Shown here piece by piece: positions 1-8,607 of a DNA stretch of 64,000 bases. The notes under the pieces are model-generated. The model was not told the DNA's origin. It saw nothing but the letters and a program-made list of their open reading frames with translations, and ran no database searches. The translations under genes and the position numbers were made by a program. Within the stretch, counting starts at the first letter, position 1; each line of letters starts with the position of its first letter. This DNA comes from Clostridia bacterium (lineage in GTDB: Bacteria; CBDUZB01; JAGLHV01): assembly GCA_030637025.1 (NCBI GenBank), contig DAOVVV010000005.1, positions 1-64,000 of the forward strand, read 5' to 3'.

Positions 1-1
1 A

Positions 2-1669
2 CATCAGGTTAATTATATCCAAAAACAGCACATATTTGATTGGTTTATTCTTAACCATGACAGCACAAAGGATAATTTTCTTATTAGTAAAGAGGCTAAA
101 ATTGTCGGGATTGATAAGGATTCAGCATTTAATTTGTTGAATATCCCATCATTAACTGTTACATTATCTCCCCATGATGATCCGGTAAATTTCAGTTATT
201 ATTATTACTTTTGGAAGGCATATGTCGACAGAGAAATAAGCGTTGATTTTAAAAGTGCTTTTGACTTAATAAATTACATTAAAAATTTGGATAATGATTT
301 AATAAAAGAAATATTTAATCCGGTTTTTTATGTTTATGGTAAATACAGCCCTTCCCGATATGAGATATTAATCAGGAGGAAAAAACATATTCAGGGTGTT
401 TTTAAAGGCTTTTACAAGAAATTAGTAAATAAAAGAGGAGATAGTATTTCTTTAAATTCAAATGAAAATAAGGAATATTCAAAAACAGTTCTAATTAAGC
501 TGAAAAATCATTATCTAGGAAAAGAAAAATTACTGGCACAATTACAAGAGAATAAAACAATTGCTAAACAGGAAAATATCAAAGTAATTTCCTCCAAGAA
601 GGGATGGTATACTATTAGTGTTTTACGGGAGGGTTACCAAAAACGGATAGTAACGGATAGTGAATCTTTTTTTTCACTTGGAAAGGGTGTGCTTAAAGGA
701 TTAAGGGGATTGGAAAAGCAATCTACATCTTTTTGTGAAAAATTAGCGATTAGTTTATATCATTATCAGATTAAGCATCTTCAAAAAGAGATAAATATAG
801 AGGATTTTGAACAGGATTTAATTCGACATATTACTATTCATCCGGAGGAAATAGATGTTTCCGCTTTAGAATCAACATTGAGGGTTTCCTACCGAAAGCC
901 AAAAAAGAAGTTAGGAGGGTATAGGGAAATAATAAAGGAAACTCCCCTGGATTTTATAACCTATCTGAATTATATGTACCGGCCCATGGAAAATGATGAG
1001 CGCAAAGAAAAAATAATAGAATATAAAGGTGAAATCGAACAATTGCTTAATGTTGATTTAGCCAAACTTGTTTATGGCATTCTAAAAGAAACGGACCCTC
1101 ATTTTTTACGGATATATCTAGAGAATGTTACGGATTCGGGGTGGAAATATTGTTTGTTAGGAAGAATGTATAGACAAAGAAAACAATATAAAAAAGAGTT
1201 GCAAAGTTATAAAAAAGGAATTGCTTTGAGTTCTGAAAAAAAAGCAACTGCCTGGTTATTTACCCTTTTGGGAATTTACTATGAATATAATGAAAAAAAC
1301 GTTCGTTTCGGCAGGGGGTTTGATATTGATTCAGCCATATTAGGGTTTAAAAGAGCGATTGAAATTGATCCCGGGTTGATAACTGCGCGGCTAAATTTAG
1401 CTAGTTTGTATATAATTAAAAAAAATATAAAAGAAACGGTAGAGCAATTTAAAGAGATAATCAAAATAGAACCTGATTATGCTGGTGTATATTCTCCCTT
1501 GTTGGATATTATTAAAGAGAAAAGAATAGAGTCCCTGCAAAAAATAAAAATGGATACTCTTGACGGAGAAGCCCATTATATTGTAGGATTAACTTATCAG
1601 GTTAAAGGCCAAAAAAGGAAAGCAAAAAAGCATTTTAAAAAAGCACGGGAATTAGGCTGGCTGGATTAG
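2..1669 (+). CDS. Atypical kinase-like + TPR protein, 5'-truncated by the window edge (paralog of the 34.9-62.6 kb array)
   Basis: The frame is open from base 2, upstream of the ORF-track start at 134, and reads HQVNYIQKQHIFDWFILNHDSTKDNFLISKEAKIVGIDKDSAF. The C-terminus carries the family motifs YEYN..RFGRGF and MDTLDGEAHYIVGL..KKHFKKARELG. Confidence 0.85.
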   Translation, partial: HQVNYIQKQHIFDWFILNHDSTKDNFLISKEAKIVGIDKDSAFNLLNIPSLTVTLSPHDDPVNFSYYYYFWKAYVDREISVDFKSAFDLINYIKNLDNDLIKEIFNPVFYVYGKYSPSRYEILIRRKKHIQGVFKGFYKKLVNKRGDSISLNSNENKEYSKTVLIKLKNHYLGKEKLLAQLQENKTIAKQENIKVISSKKGWYTISVLREGYQKRIVTDSESFFSLGKGVLKGLRGLEKQSTSFCEKLAISLYHYQIKHLQKEINIEDFEQDLIRHITIHPEEIDVSALESTLRVSYRKPKKKLGGYREIIKETPLDFITYLNYMYRPMENDERKEKIIEYKGEIEQLLNVDLAKLVYGILKETDPHFLRIYLENVTDSGWKYCLLGRMYRQRKQYKKELQSYKKGIALSSEKKATAWLFTLLGIYYEYNEKNVRFGRGFDIDSAILGFKRAIEIDPGLITARLNLASLYIIKKNIKETVEQFKEIIKIEPDYAGVYSPLLDIIKEKRIESLQKIKMDTLDGEAHYIVGLTYQVKGQKRKAKKHFKKARELGWLD

Positions 1670-1760
1670 TTTATAATTAATAAAAAAATAAGAGATGAGA
1701 AGATGTAAGAGATTGGCGGTTAGTAAATTAATATTTTATTTGTGCAAAGGGAGAGTGAAA

Positions 1761-4037
1761 ATGGAAAAATTTAAAAATTTATTGAACAAATTTTTATCCA
1801 GGGAAAAATATTTGATTATTGCTCTATTTCTTTTTGCATTAACCATTCGTCTTATGTATTTTGTTAGTGTTTATCATTCACCTGATTTTAAAAAACTATG
1901 CTATGATGCAATGGTTTTTAATGGTTTGGCCCAAGAGGTTATTCATAAAAGTTTTTTCCTGAGCAATTATAAAGCTCCTCTGGATATGAGTCCGGGATAT
2001 ACTTATTTTTTAGCAATGGTTTCTAACATTTTTAAAAATAATTTTTCACTAATTAAAATAACTCAATGGATAATAGGCTCTTTGAATTGTGTTTTGCTTT
2101 ATTTTATTGGCAGGAAATTATTTAATAAATGGGTGGGACTTATAGCGTGCCTGATAGCTTCCTATTATGGGATGTTTGTGTTTTTTGAAGGAATTTTAAT
2201 GCCGGAGTTTTTAATATTATTTCTCAATAGTTGCCTATTTCTCTTTCTTCTTACAGCAAAAGAAAAACCTATTTGGAAATATTGGGTTGGGGCCGGAATA
2301 TTTTTAGGGCTGTCTGCTATAACCCGTCCTAATATTTTACTTTTTGTCCCTTTTGTTTTATTTTGGATATATTCTTTGAATAAAATATCTTTAAAAAAAA
2401 GATTCAATTTTTCCTTGTATTTTTGTCTTGCCATAGCAGTAGTAATTATGCCGGCAACCATAAGGAATTATGTTGTAGCCGGTGATTTAGTTTTGATCAC
2501 CGATAGCGGAGGTTCAAATTTTTACGGCGGTAATAATCCTTCCAGCCAGGGTGTATTTATAACTGCCCGGAAAAAATATAAGGAATTAATTAATACGGCA
2601 GAATTATCTACCCGTAAAATACGAATTTCAGATGAAATGAATGAACATCAACGGGATAGGGCTGTAGCTGAACTTTTACTGGGAAAAAAAGCTAAACCGT
2701 CTTATGTTTCTAAATTTTGGTTTAAACAGGGATTTAAAAATATATTAAAAAACCCTTCTTGGTGGTTAATGTTAGAGACAAAAAAATTAATTCTTATTTT
2801 TAATAGTTTTGAAGTTCAGGATGGCGATATTCCTTTTCTGGAGATGAAACACATTTCTTCTTTATTGAGGATATTTATATTTAATTATGGGTTTATTTGT
2901 CCTTTAGGTTTGGTAGGTATTATTTTGAGCTTTAAGGAACGAAATAAATTCAAAATTATTTATTTTTTTATGATTAGTTATATTGCTTCAATGTTAATTT
3001 TTCATACTGCCTCCCGTTATAGATTGCCCTTAGTACCGTTTTTTATAATATTTGGGGCATATGCCCTTTATTTTTGTTATACACAAATAAAACAAAAAAG
3101 ATGGGATTTGCTTTTTTCCCCACTGATTATTTTTATTATTTTATCCGGCCTTATAAATTATGACGATACTTTCGGATATGATTTTGAAATTAATCGTGCT
3201 TTTATTCCGATGCATGAACAAAAATATAATTTTTTAATAAAAAATAAGGAATATTTGAGTGCTACTGATTCGGGGGAAAGATTAACAGAGCTTAATCCTG
3301 ATAGTGCTGAAGTGTTTACTAATTTAGGCTGGGCATATTTTAATTGCAGAGCAGTGGATAAAGCCATAGAAAGTTATAGGAGGGCGATAGATTTGGATCC
3401 TCACTATTTTACAGCGTATTTAGACCTTGCTCTGGCTTATTATACTAAAGGAGCAACAAATAAAGCTATAGATATTTATTTAAAAATAGACGAAATGTTG
3501 CCTCATAACCCGTTTGTGTATAATATTTTAGGAAATTTTTTTGCAGAAAACGAAGAGTATGAAAAAGCAAATAAAATGCTTAAACGTGCGGTTGATTTTA
3601 ATCCTGAAAACATGATCTTTTCTCTGGATTTGGCTAATGTTTTGCTTGCTACAGAACAATATGAAAAAGCTATTAAGGGGTATGAATATGTTTTAAAATA
3701 TGATCCGGAAAATAAAAAAATTAAAAAAATTTTAGAAATTATTCAAATAGAAAAAGAAATAAAAAAACATCCTTCAGCTGTGAAAACAATACCCCTTTAT
3801 GAGAAAGTAGGAAAATTTTGGTATAGGAGTGGAAATTATAATAGAGCCATACAAAGGATGAAGAAGTTAATTTCTTTATCAAAAGATAATCCGACGGCTT
3901 ATTATAATCTTGGGCAGGCCTATAAAGCTTCCGGGGATTTAGAAAAAGCAAAAGCTAAATATGAAAAAGCTTTAAAACTTCGACCGGATTTTATTCAGGC
4001 AGCAATGGAATTAGATAACCTAAAAACAGAGGAGTAG
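1761..4037 (+). CDS. GT-C (PMT/ArnT-like) membrane glycosyltransferase with C-terminal TPR repeats
   Basis: Many hydrophobic segments with YDA..F, PGY.YFLA, LSAITRPN, NFYGGNNP and SRYRLP motifs; TPRs such as NLGWAY..A..Y.RAI.LDP. ATG 1761 preferred (GGGAGAG upstream); the ORF track starts at 1695. Confidence 0.8.
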   Translation: MEKFKNLLNKFLSREKYLIIALFLFALTIRLMYFVSVYHSPDFKKLCYDAMVFNGLAQEVIHKSFFLSNYKAPLDMSPGYTYFLAMVSNIFKNNFSLIKITQWIIGSLNCVLLYFIGRKLFNKWVGLIACLIASYYGMFVFFEGILMPEFLILFLNSCLFLFLLTAKEKPIWKYWVGAGIFLGLSAITRPNILLFVPFVLFWIYSLNKISLKKRFNFSLYFCLAIAVVIMPATIRNYVVAGDLVLITDSGGSNFYGGNNPSSQGVFITARKKYKELINTAELSTRKIRISDEMNEHQRDRAVAELLLGKKAKPSYVSKFWFKQGFKNILKNPSWWLMLETKKLILIFNSFEVQDGDIPFLEMKHISSLLRIFIFNYGFICPLGLVGIILSFKERNKFKIIYFFMISYIASMLIFHTASRYRLPLVPFFIIFGAYALYFCYTQIKQKRWDLLFSPLIIFIILSGLINYDDTFGYDFEINRAFIPMHEQKYNFLIKNKEYLSATDSGERLTELNPDSAEVFTNLGWAYFNCRAVDKAIESYRRAIDLDPHYFTAYLDLALAYYTKGATNKAIDIYLKIDEMLPHNPFVYNILGNFFAENEEYEKANKMLKRAVDFNPENMIFSLDLANVLLATEQYEKAIKGYEYVLKYDPENKKIKKILEIIQIEKEIKKHPSAVKTIPLYEKVGKFWYRSGNYNRAIQRMKKLISLSKDNPTAYYNLGQAYKASGDLEKAKAKYEKALKLRPDFIQAAMELDNLKTEE

Positions 4038-4041
4038 GAAT

Positions 4042-5949
4042 GTGTGTGGTATTTGCGGCTTTGTTGGTGTGGACGAAAATAATTTACTGGATAGAATGAT
4101 TGAGCCGTTAGATCATCGAGGTCCGGATAGTAAAGGGAAATATAGTAATAAAAAATTTCAGGTAGGATTAGGACATAGCCGTTTAAGTATCATAGATTTA
4201 AAGGGAGGAAATCAGCCTTTATTTAATGAAGACAAATCTATTTGTCTTGTTTGTAATGGTATGATTTATAATTTTAAAGAATTAAAGAATGAACTAAAAA
4301 ATAAAGGGCATATATTTTATACTCAAACGGATTCTGAAGTTATTCTCCATTTATATGAGGAAAAAGGAGAAAAATGTGTAGACAGTTTTAATGGTAAATT
4401 TGCTTTTGCTCTTTGGGATGAAAGAAAGAAAAAATTATTTATTGCTCGTGACCGGTTAGGTATTTGTCCTTTATACTATACTGTTTTAAATAAGTCTTTT
4501 CTTTTTGCTTCTGAAATTAAAGCTATTCTTAGGAGTTCTTTGGTAAAAAGAGACCCGGATTTTTTATCTTTAGATTCTTATTTAACCTTTCGTTATGTTC
4601 CCGGACCCGGAACAATGTTTAAAGGAATCTTTGAATTACTTCCGGGGTGTGTTTTAATTCATCAAAATGGTACGGTAAAGTTAAATAGATACTGGGATAT
4701 TAGAAAAAAGACGGATAACAATAGTGTTCATATTTATCAAGAAAAAGAATATTATGAAATGCTGGTTGATTCGGTGCATAAGCGATTGCTTAGCGATGTC
4801 CCGGTGGGAATGTATTTAAGCGGAGGAATAGATTCAACCGCTATATTGTCATTAATGAATAATTTTGTTAAGCCGGTTAATACATTTAGTGTTGGTTTTG
4901 AATCCGGGCCGGATGAATTAGCTCAGGCGCGGGAAATGTCGTTATTTTATAAAACCCGGCATCAGGAAGTAATTGTTAAACAAGAAGAATTCCAATTATT
5001 ACCCCGGATAGTGAAGTTTTTAGATAGTCCTTTAGGTGATGCTATAATTATTCCTCTGTATTGTCTTTCAAAATTAGCTAAGCAAGCAGGGGTAGGAGTA
5101 ATTCTTACCGGTGATGGAGCTGATGAATTATGGGGCGGATATATTCATCATTTCGTTTTAAATTACTTAGAGCTTTATAAAAAATCCGTTCCGGATTTTG
5201 TTCAGGTTAATCTGGTAAATAAATTCATGCAGCTTATTCCTGTTAAATTATTAGACTTTTTTTTCCCTTATCCTGCTTCTCTTGGGCATGAAGGGAGGAA
5301 AAGATTTTTAGGATATTTTGGTGCATTTGAGAATAGAGAAAGATTTTATTTTGAATTGCTCAGTTTGTTTACCAGTGAGGATAAAAAAAAGTTATATACT
5401 AAAGAATTGTTTGAGGAAGTAGAAGCGAGCAAAAAAAGACTGAATATAGATTTCACTAAAGAACTTAAAAACAAAAATAATAATACTTTTTTACAAGAAT
5501 TAATTTTTAAAGACTTAACAAGCTGGTTACCGAACAATATTCTTTTTAAAAATGACCGGATGGCTATGGCTAATTCTATAGAAAGCCGAATGCCTTTTCT
5601 TGATCATCGGTTAGTTGAATTTTCCCTGAATTTGCAGGACAAAGATAGAATAAATAAACTGGTCAATAAATGTTTTCTGCGCAAGGTGATGAAGAACTAT
5701 TTGCCCGGAAAAGTAGTTAAAAGAAAGAAAAAGGCGTTTTATTTTCCGGTAGATAGATATTTTAAGGGAAAATTTAAAAATAATGTTGAAGCTGTTCTTT
5801 CTTCAACGATGACTAACCAAAGAGGATATTTTAACTATAATTTTATTGAAAATATCTTAAAAAAACGCCGGAATTCGCCTTTGATTTATGATAAACAGAT
5901 TATGGCTTTGGTTATTTTAGAATTCTGGAATCAGGCTTTTTTAGATTAA
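4042..5949 (+). CDS. asnB: Asparagine synthase (glutamine-hydrolysing)-family amidotransferase, probably acting on a glycan or lipid
   Basis: N-terminal MCGI (Ntn Cys), HRGPD, RLSIID, LSGGIDS, LTGDGADE, ESRMPFLD. Confidence 0.92.
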   Translation: MCGICGFVGVDENNLLDRMIEPLDHRGPDSKGKYSNKKFQVGLGHSRLSIIDLKGGNQPLFNEDKSICLVCNGMIYNFKELKNELKNKGHIFYTQTDSEVILHLYEEKGEKCVDSFNGKFAFALWDERKKKLFIARDRLGICPLYYTVLNKSFLFASEIKAILRSSLVKRDPDFLSLDSYLTFRYVPGPGTMFKGIFELLPGCVLIHQNGTVKLNRYWDIRKKTDNNSVHIYQEKEYYEMLVDSVHKRLLSDVPVGMYLSGGIDSTAILSLMNNFVKPVNTFSVGFESGPDELAQAREMSLFYKTRHQEVIVKQEEFQLLPRIVKFLDSPLGDAIIIPLYCLSKLAKQAGVGVILTGDGADELWGGYIHHFVLNYLELYKKSVPDFVQVNLVNKFMQLIPVKLLDFFFPYPASLGHEGRKRFLGYFGAFENRERFYFELLSLFTSEDKKKLYTKELFEEVEASKKRLNIDFTKELKNKNNNTFLQELIFKDLTSWLPNNILFKNDRMAMANSIESRMPFLDHRLVEFSLNLQDKDRINKLVNKCFLRKVMKNYLPGKVVKRKKKAFYFPVDRYFKGKFKNNVEAVLSSTMTNQRGYFNYNFIENILKKRRNSPLIYDKQIMALVILEFWNQAFLD

Positions 5950-5987
5950 CAGATAATATCTAATTTAAATAGGAGGGGAAAGCGTAA

Positions 5988-6881
5988 ATGAATGAATTAA
6001 TTAGCATTATTATCCCTGTTTATAATGAAGAGAAGGCAATTGGGACGGTTATAGATGAAATTAAAGAGGTGATGGGAGAAAACAAATATGAATATGAGCT
6101 TATTATCGTTGATGATGGTTCTACAGATAAAACAAGGGAGATTATTTTATCTAAAGGAGAAAAAATAATAAAACATTTTAGGCGTAAAGGTTCAGGGGCT
6201 GCCCGGAAGACCGGGATAAAAACAGCAAAGGGAAACATCATTGTTATGCTGGATGGGGATGGAACATATAGTCCGGGAGATATTCCCCTCATGCTGCAAT
6301 TATTTCCTCAATGTGACCAGGTAATCGGTGAAAGAACCAGTGAAAAAGGTAGGTTTGTTTTATTTCGGAAGCCTACTAAATGGCTAATTAAAAAATTAGC
6401 TTCTTACTTAACCGGCGTTAAGATTCCGGATCTTAATTCGGGCCTGAGAGCTTTTAAAAAAGATTTAATGGTAAAATATTTATGGGCTTTTCCCGATGGT
6501 TTTTCCTGTGTTTCTACAATGACTGTCGCTTTTTTATGTAATGGTTATACGGTGGAATGGATTCCGACAGAGTATCGTTCCCGAATAGGTAAATCAAAAT
6601 TTCACCCTATAAAAGATACTTATAATTATATTTTAACTGTAATTAAGATAGTAATGTATTTTAATCCGCTTAAGATATTTTTACCTTTAAGTTTCTTGTT
6701 AATGGCCTTAGGGATAGTAAAAACACTTTATGATTTCTTTTTTGTAGTAGGAAAGATGCAAATGTCGGATATTGTTATAATTTTGAGTAGTCTTTTAATT
6801 GCTGTTTTTGGTTTTTTAGCCGACCTTATTGTGGTTCAGGGAAAAGCGAGAGATTACAATAGTGCCGGGGAAAACAAATGA
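5988..6881 (+). CDS. GT2 glycosyltransferase, polyprenol-phosphate glycosyltransferase-like, with two C-terminal TM helices
   Basis: IIIPVYNEE, IVDDGSTD, DGDG, DLNSGLRAF, R.GKSK; hydrophobic C-terminus; RBS AGGAGGGG. Confidence 0.88.
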   Translation: MNELISIIIPVYNEEKAIGTVIDEIKEVMGENKYEYELIIVDDGSTDKTREIILSKGEKIIKHFRRKGSGAARKTGIKTAKGNIIVMLDGDGTYSPGDIPLMLQLFPQCDQVIGERTSEKGRFVLFRKPTKWLIKKLASYLTGVKIPDLNSGLRAFKKDLMVKYLWAFPDGFSCVSTMTVAFLCNGYTVEWIPTEYRSRIGKSKFHPIKDTYNYILTVIKIVMYFNPLKIFLPLSFLLMALGIVKTLYDFFFVVGKMQMSDIVIILSSLLIAVFGFLADLIVVQGKARDYNSAGENK

Positions 6882-8590
6882 GAGAAAAAATTATTACTAA
6901 TACACCCAGGCTTCTCTCATTACTGGACAGGAATAAGTTTTCTCCTGCTTATGGATGTTTCGACCGTTCATATTGGCAATATAAAGTCGTTGATTTTCCT
7001 GCGGCTACTTATCAGCAGGGGGTATTATCGCTAGCTTTAGTATACAAGAATCAATTTCAGGGAAATGTTTATTATAAAAACAATAAAATTATTGATTATA
7101 TTTCTGCCGGGATGTTATTTTGGGCAAATATTCAAAACAAGGATGGTTCTTTTAATGAATGGTATCCCAACGAACGCAGCTTTGTAGCCACAGCCTTTAC
7201 TGTTTATGCCCTTTCGGAGGCGTATTTAATCTTAAAAGATGAATTGGCTAATAACGCTAAGCTAAAAGGGATAATGGAAAATTCTTTTAAAAAAGCAGGA
7301 GAATGGCTTTGGAAAAAAGAGGACAAGCATGTTTTTAATCATACAGCAGGAGCAATTGCCGGATTATATAATATTTATTTAATTACCGGAGAGAATAGAT
7401 TTAAATCGGCGGCTGAGGACAGGGTGAAGCTTATTGCTGAATATCAAAATGAAGAAGGGTGGTTTTATGAATACGGTGGAGCGGATATAGGGTATTTAAG
7501 TGTATCCCTGGATTATCTGGCTAAATATTTACAAAAAAGTAATGATTTAAAAATAAAGGAAATATTAAAGAAAGCTTTAGATTTTATGGGTTTTTTTGTT
7601 CATCCGGATGGAACAATGGGAGGCGAGTACGGGAGCCGTAACACAAAATATATTTTACCCCATGGGTTAACTATTTTAGCCGGGCAATTCAAAGTTGCCG
7701 GGTATATTTTGAGTAAATTTCACCAGTCTCTGGAAAATAGAGGGGCAGTGATTCCCTCTACGGTGGATGACCGGTATTTTATGTTTTTTTACATGGCAAA
7801 TTTTCTTCAGGCAGGCTTGGAGAGATACAACCAATCGCAACAGAAAGAAGAATATTTTTTGTTCTCTAAATTCAAAAGGGTTTTTTTGCATGCCGGATTA
7901 ATAACGGTTAAAAATCAATGGTTTCATTTTCTCTCTAATTTTAAAAAAGGGGGAATCATGCAGGTTTTTAATGTTCATCCGGATAATCCTCAGTTAGTTT
8001 ATTCAGATAGCGGTTATTTTGGTAAGTTAAAAAATGGAAAAATTATTACTTCCGGTTGGTTAAATTCTGATACTTGCTTTTTTGGTAAGGAAGATAGTCC
8101 TTTTAAAATAAAATTTAGTACGGATTTCGTTTATGTTAAATACCGGTTTTTTTCCGGAGGGAAATTTATATTATTTCGGTTATTTAATTATATTTTAGGA
8201 AGAAATAGTTATTTTAGTTCCCTGTTTAATGAATATATAAAGAAGATTATTATAACAAAAAAGAAAAAAACACCTTTAAAGTTAGAAAGAGAAATTATAA
8301 TAGAAAACAATGAAATTGTTATTAAAGATAAGATAAGTAGAGAAAAAAATACTTATTTTTTAAAGGAGCTGAGTATAACAGATTGTTTAACCAGTATGCA
8401 TAGCCCGACTTCTTTATATTTTATGTCCAATGATTTAGTAAATAATTCATTGGCCGCATTTGACTTTGCAGAAATACTTAATAACAATGGCGAGTTTTAC
8501 TTAGAAATGCGTTTAATGTTTACGGATAATATGGTAAATACAAAATATATGCTTAACGGTAATGAAATTTTAACACAAAAGTCAAACTAA
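6878..8590 (+). CDS. Hypothetical protein, probable alpha/alpha-toroid fold
   Basis: Repeated QW-like motifs QNKDGSF, QNEEGWF and HPDGTM; ATGA overlap with the upstream GT2. Confidence 0.6.
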   Translation: MREKIITNTPRLLSLLDRNKFSPAYGCFDRSYWQYKVVDFPAATYQQGVLSLALVYKNQFQGNVYYKNNKIIDYISAGMLFWANIQNKDGSFNEWYPNERSFVATAFTVYALSEAYLILKDELANNAKLKGIMENSFKKAGEWLWKKEDKHVFNHTAGAIAGLYNIYLITGENRFKSAAEDRVKLIAEYQNEEGWFYEYGGADIGYLSVSLDYLAKYLQKSNDLKIKEILKKALDFMGFFVHPDGTMGGEYGSRNTKYILPHGLTILAGQFKVAGYILSKFHQSLENRGAVIPSTVDDRYFMFFYMANFLQAGLERYNQSQQKEEYFLFSKFKRVFLHAGLITVKNQWFHFLSNFKKGGIMQVFNVHPDNPQLVYSDSGYFGKLKNGKIITSGWLNSDTCFFGKEDSPFKIKFSTDFVYVKYRFFSGGKFILFRLFNYILGRNSYFSSLFNEYIKKIIITKKKKTPLKLEREIIIENNEIVIKDKISREKNTYFLKELSITDCLTSMHSPTSLYFMSNDLVNNSLAAFDFAEILNNNGEFYLEMRLMFTDNMVNTKYMLNGNEILTQKSN

Positions 8591-8607
8591 TATTTTCTTG
8601 AAAAACA

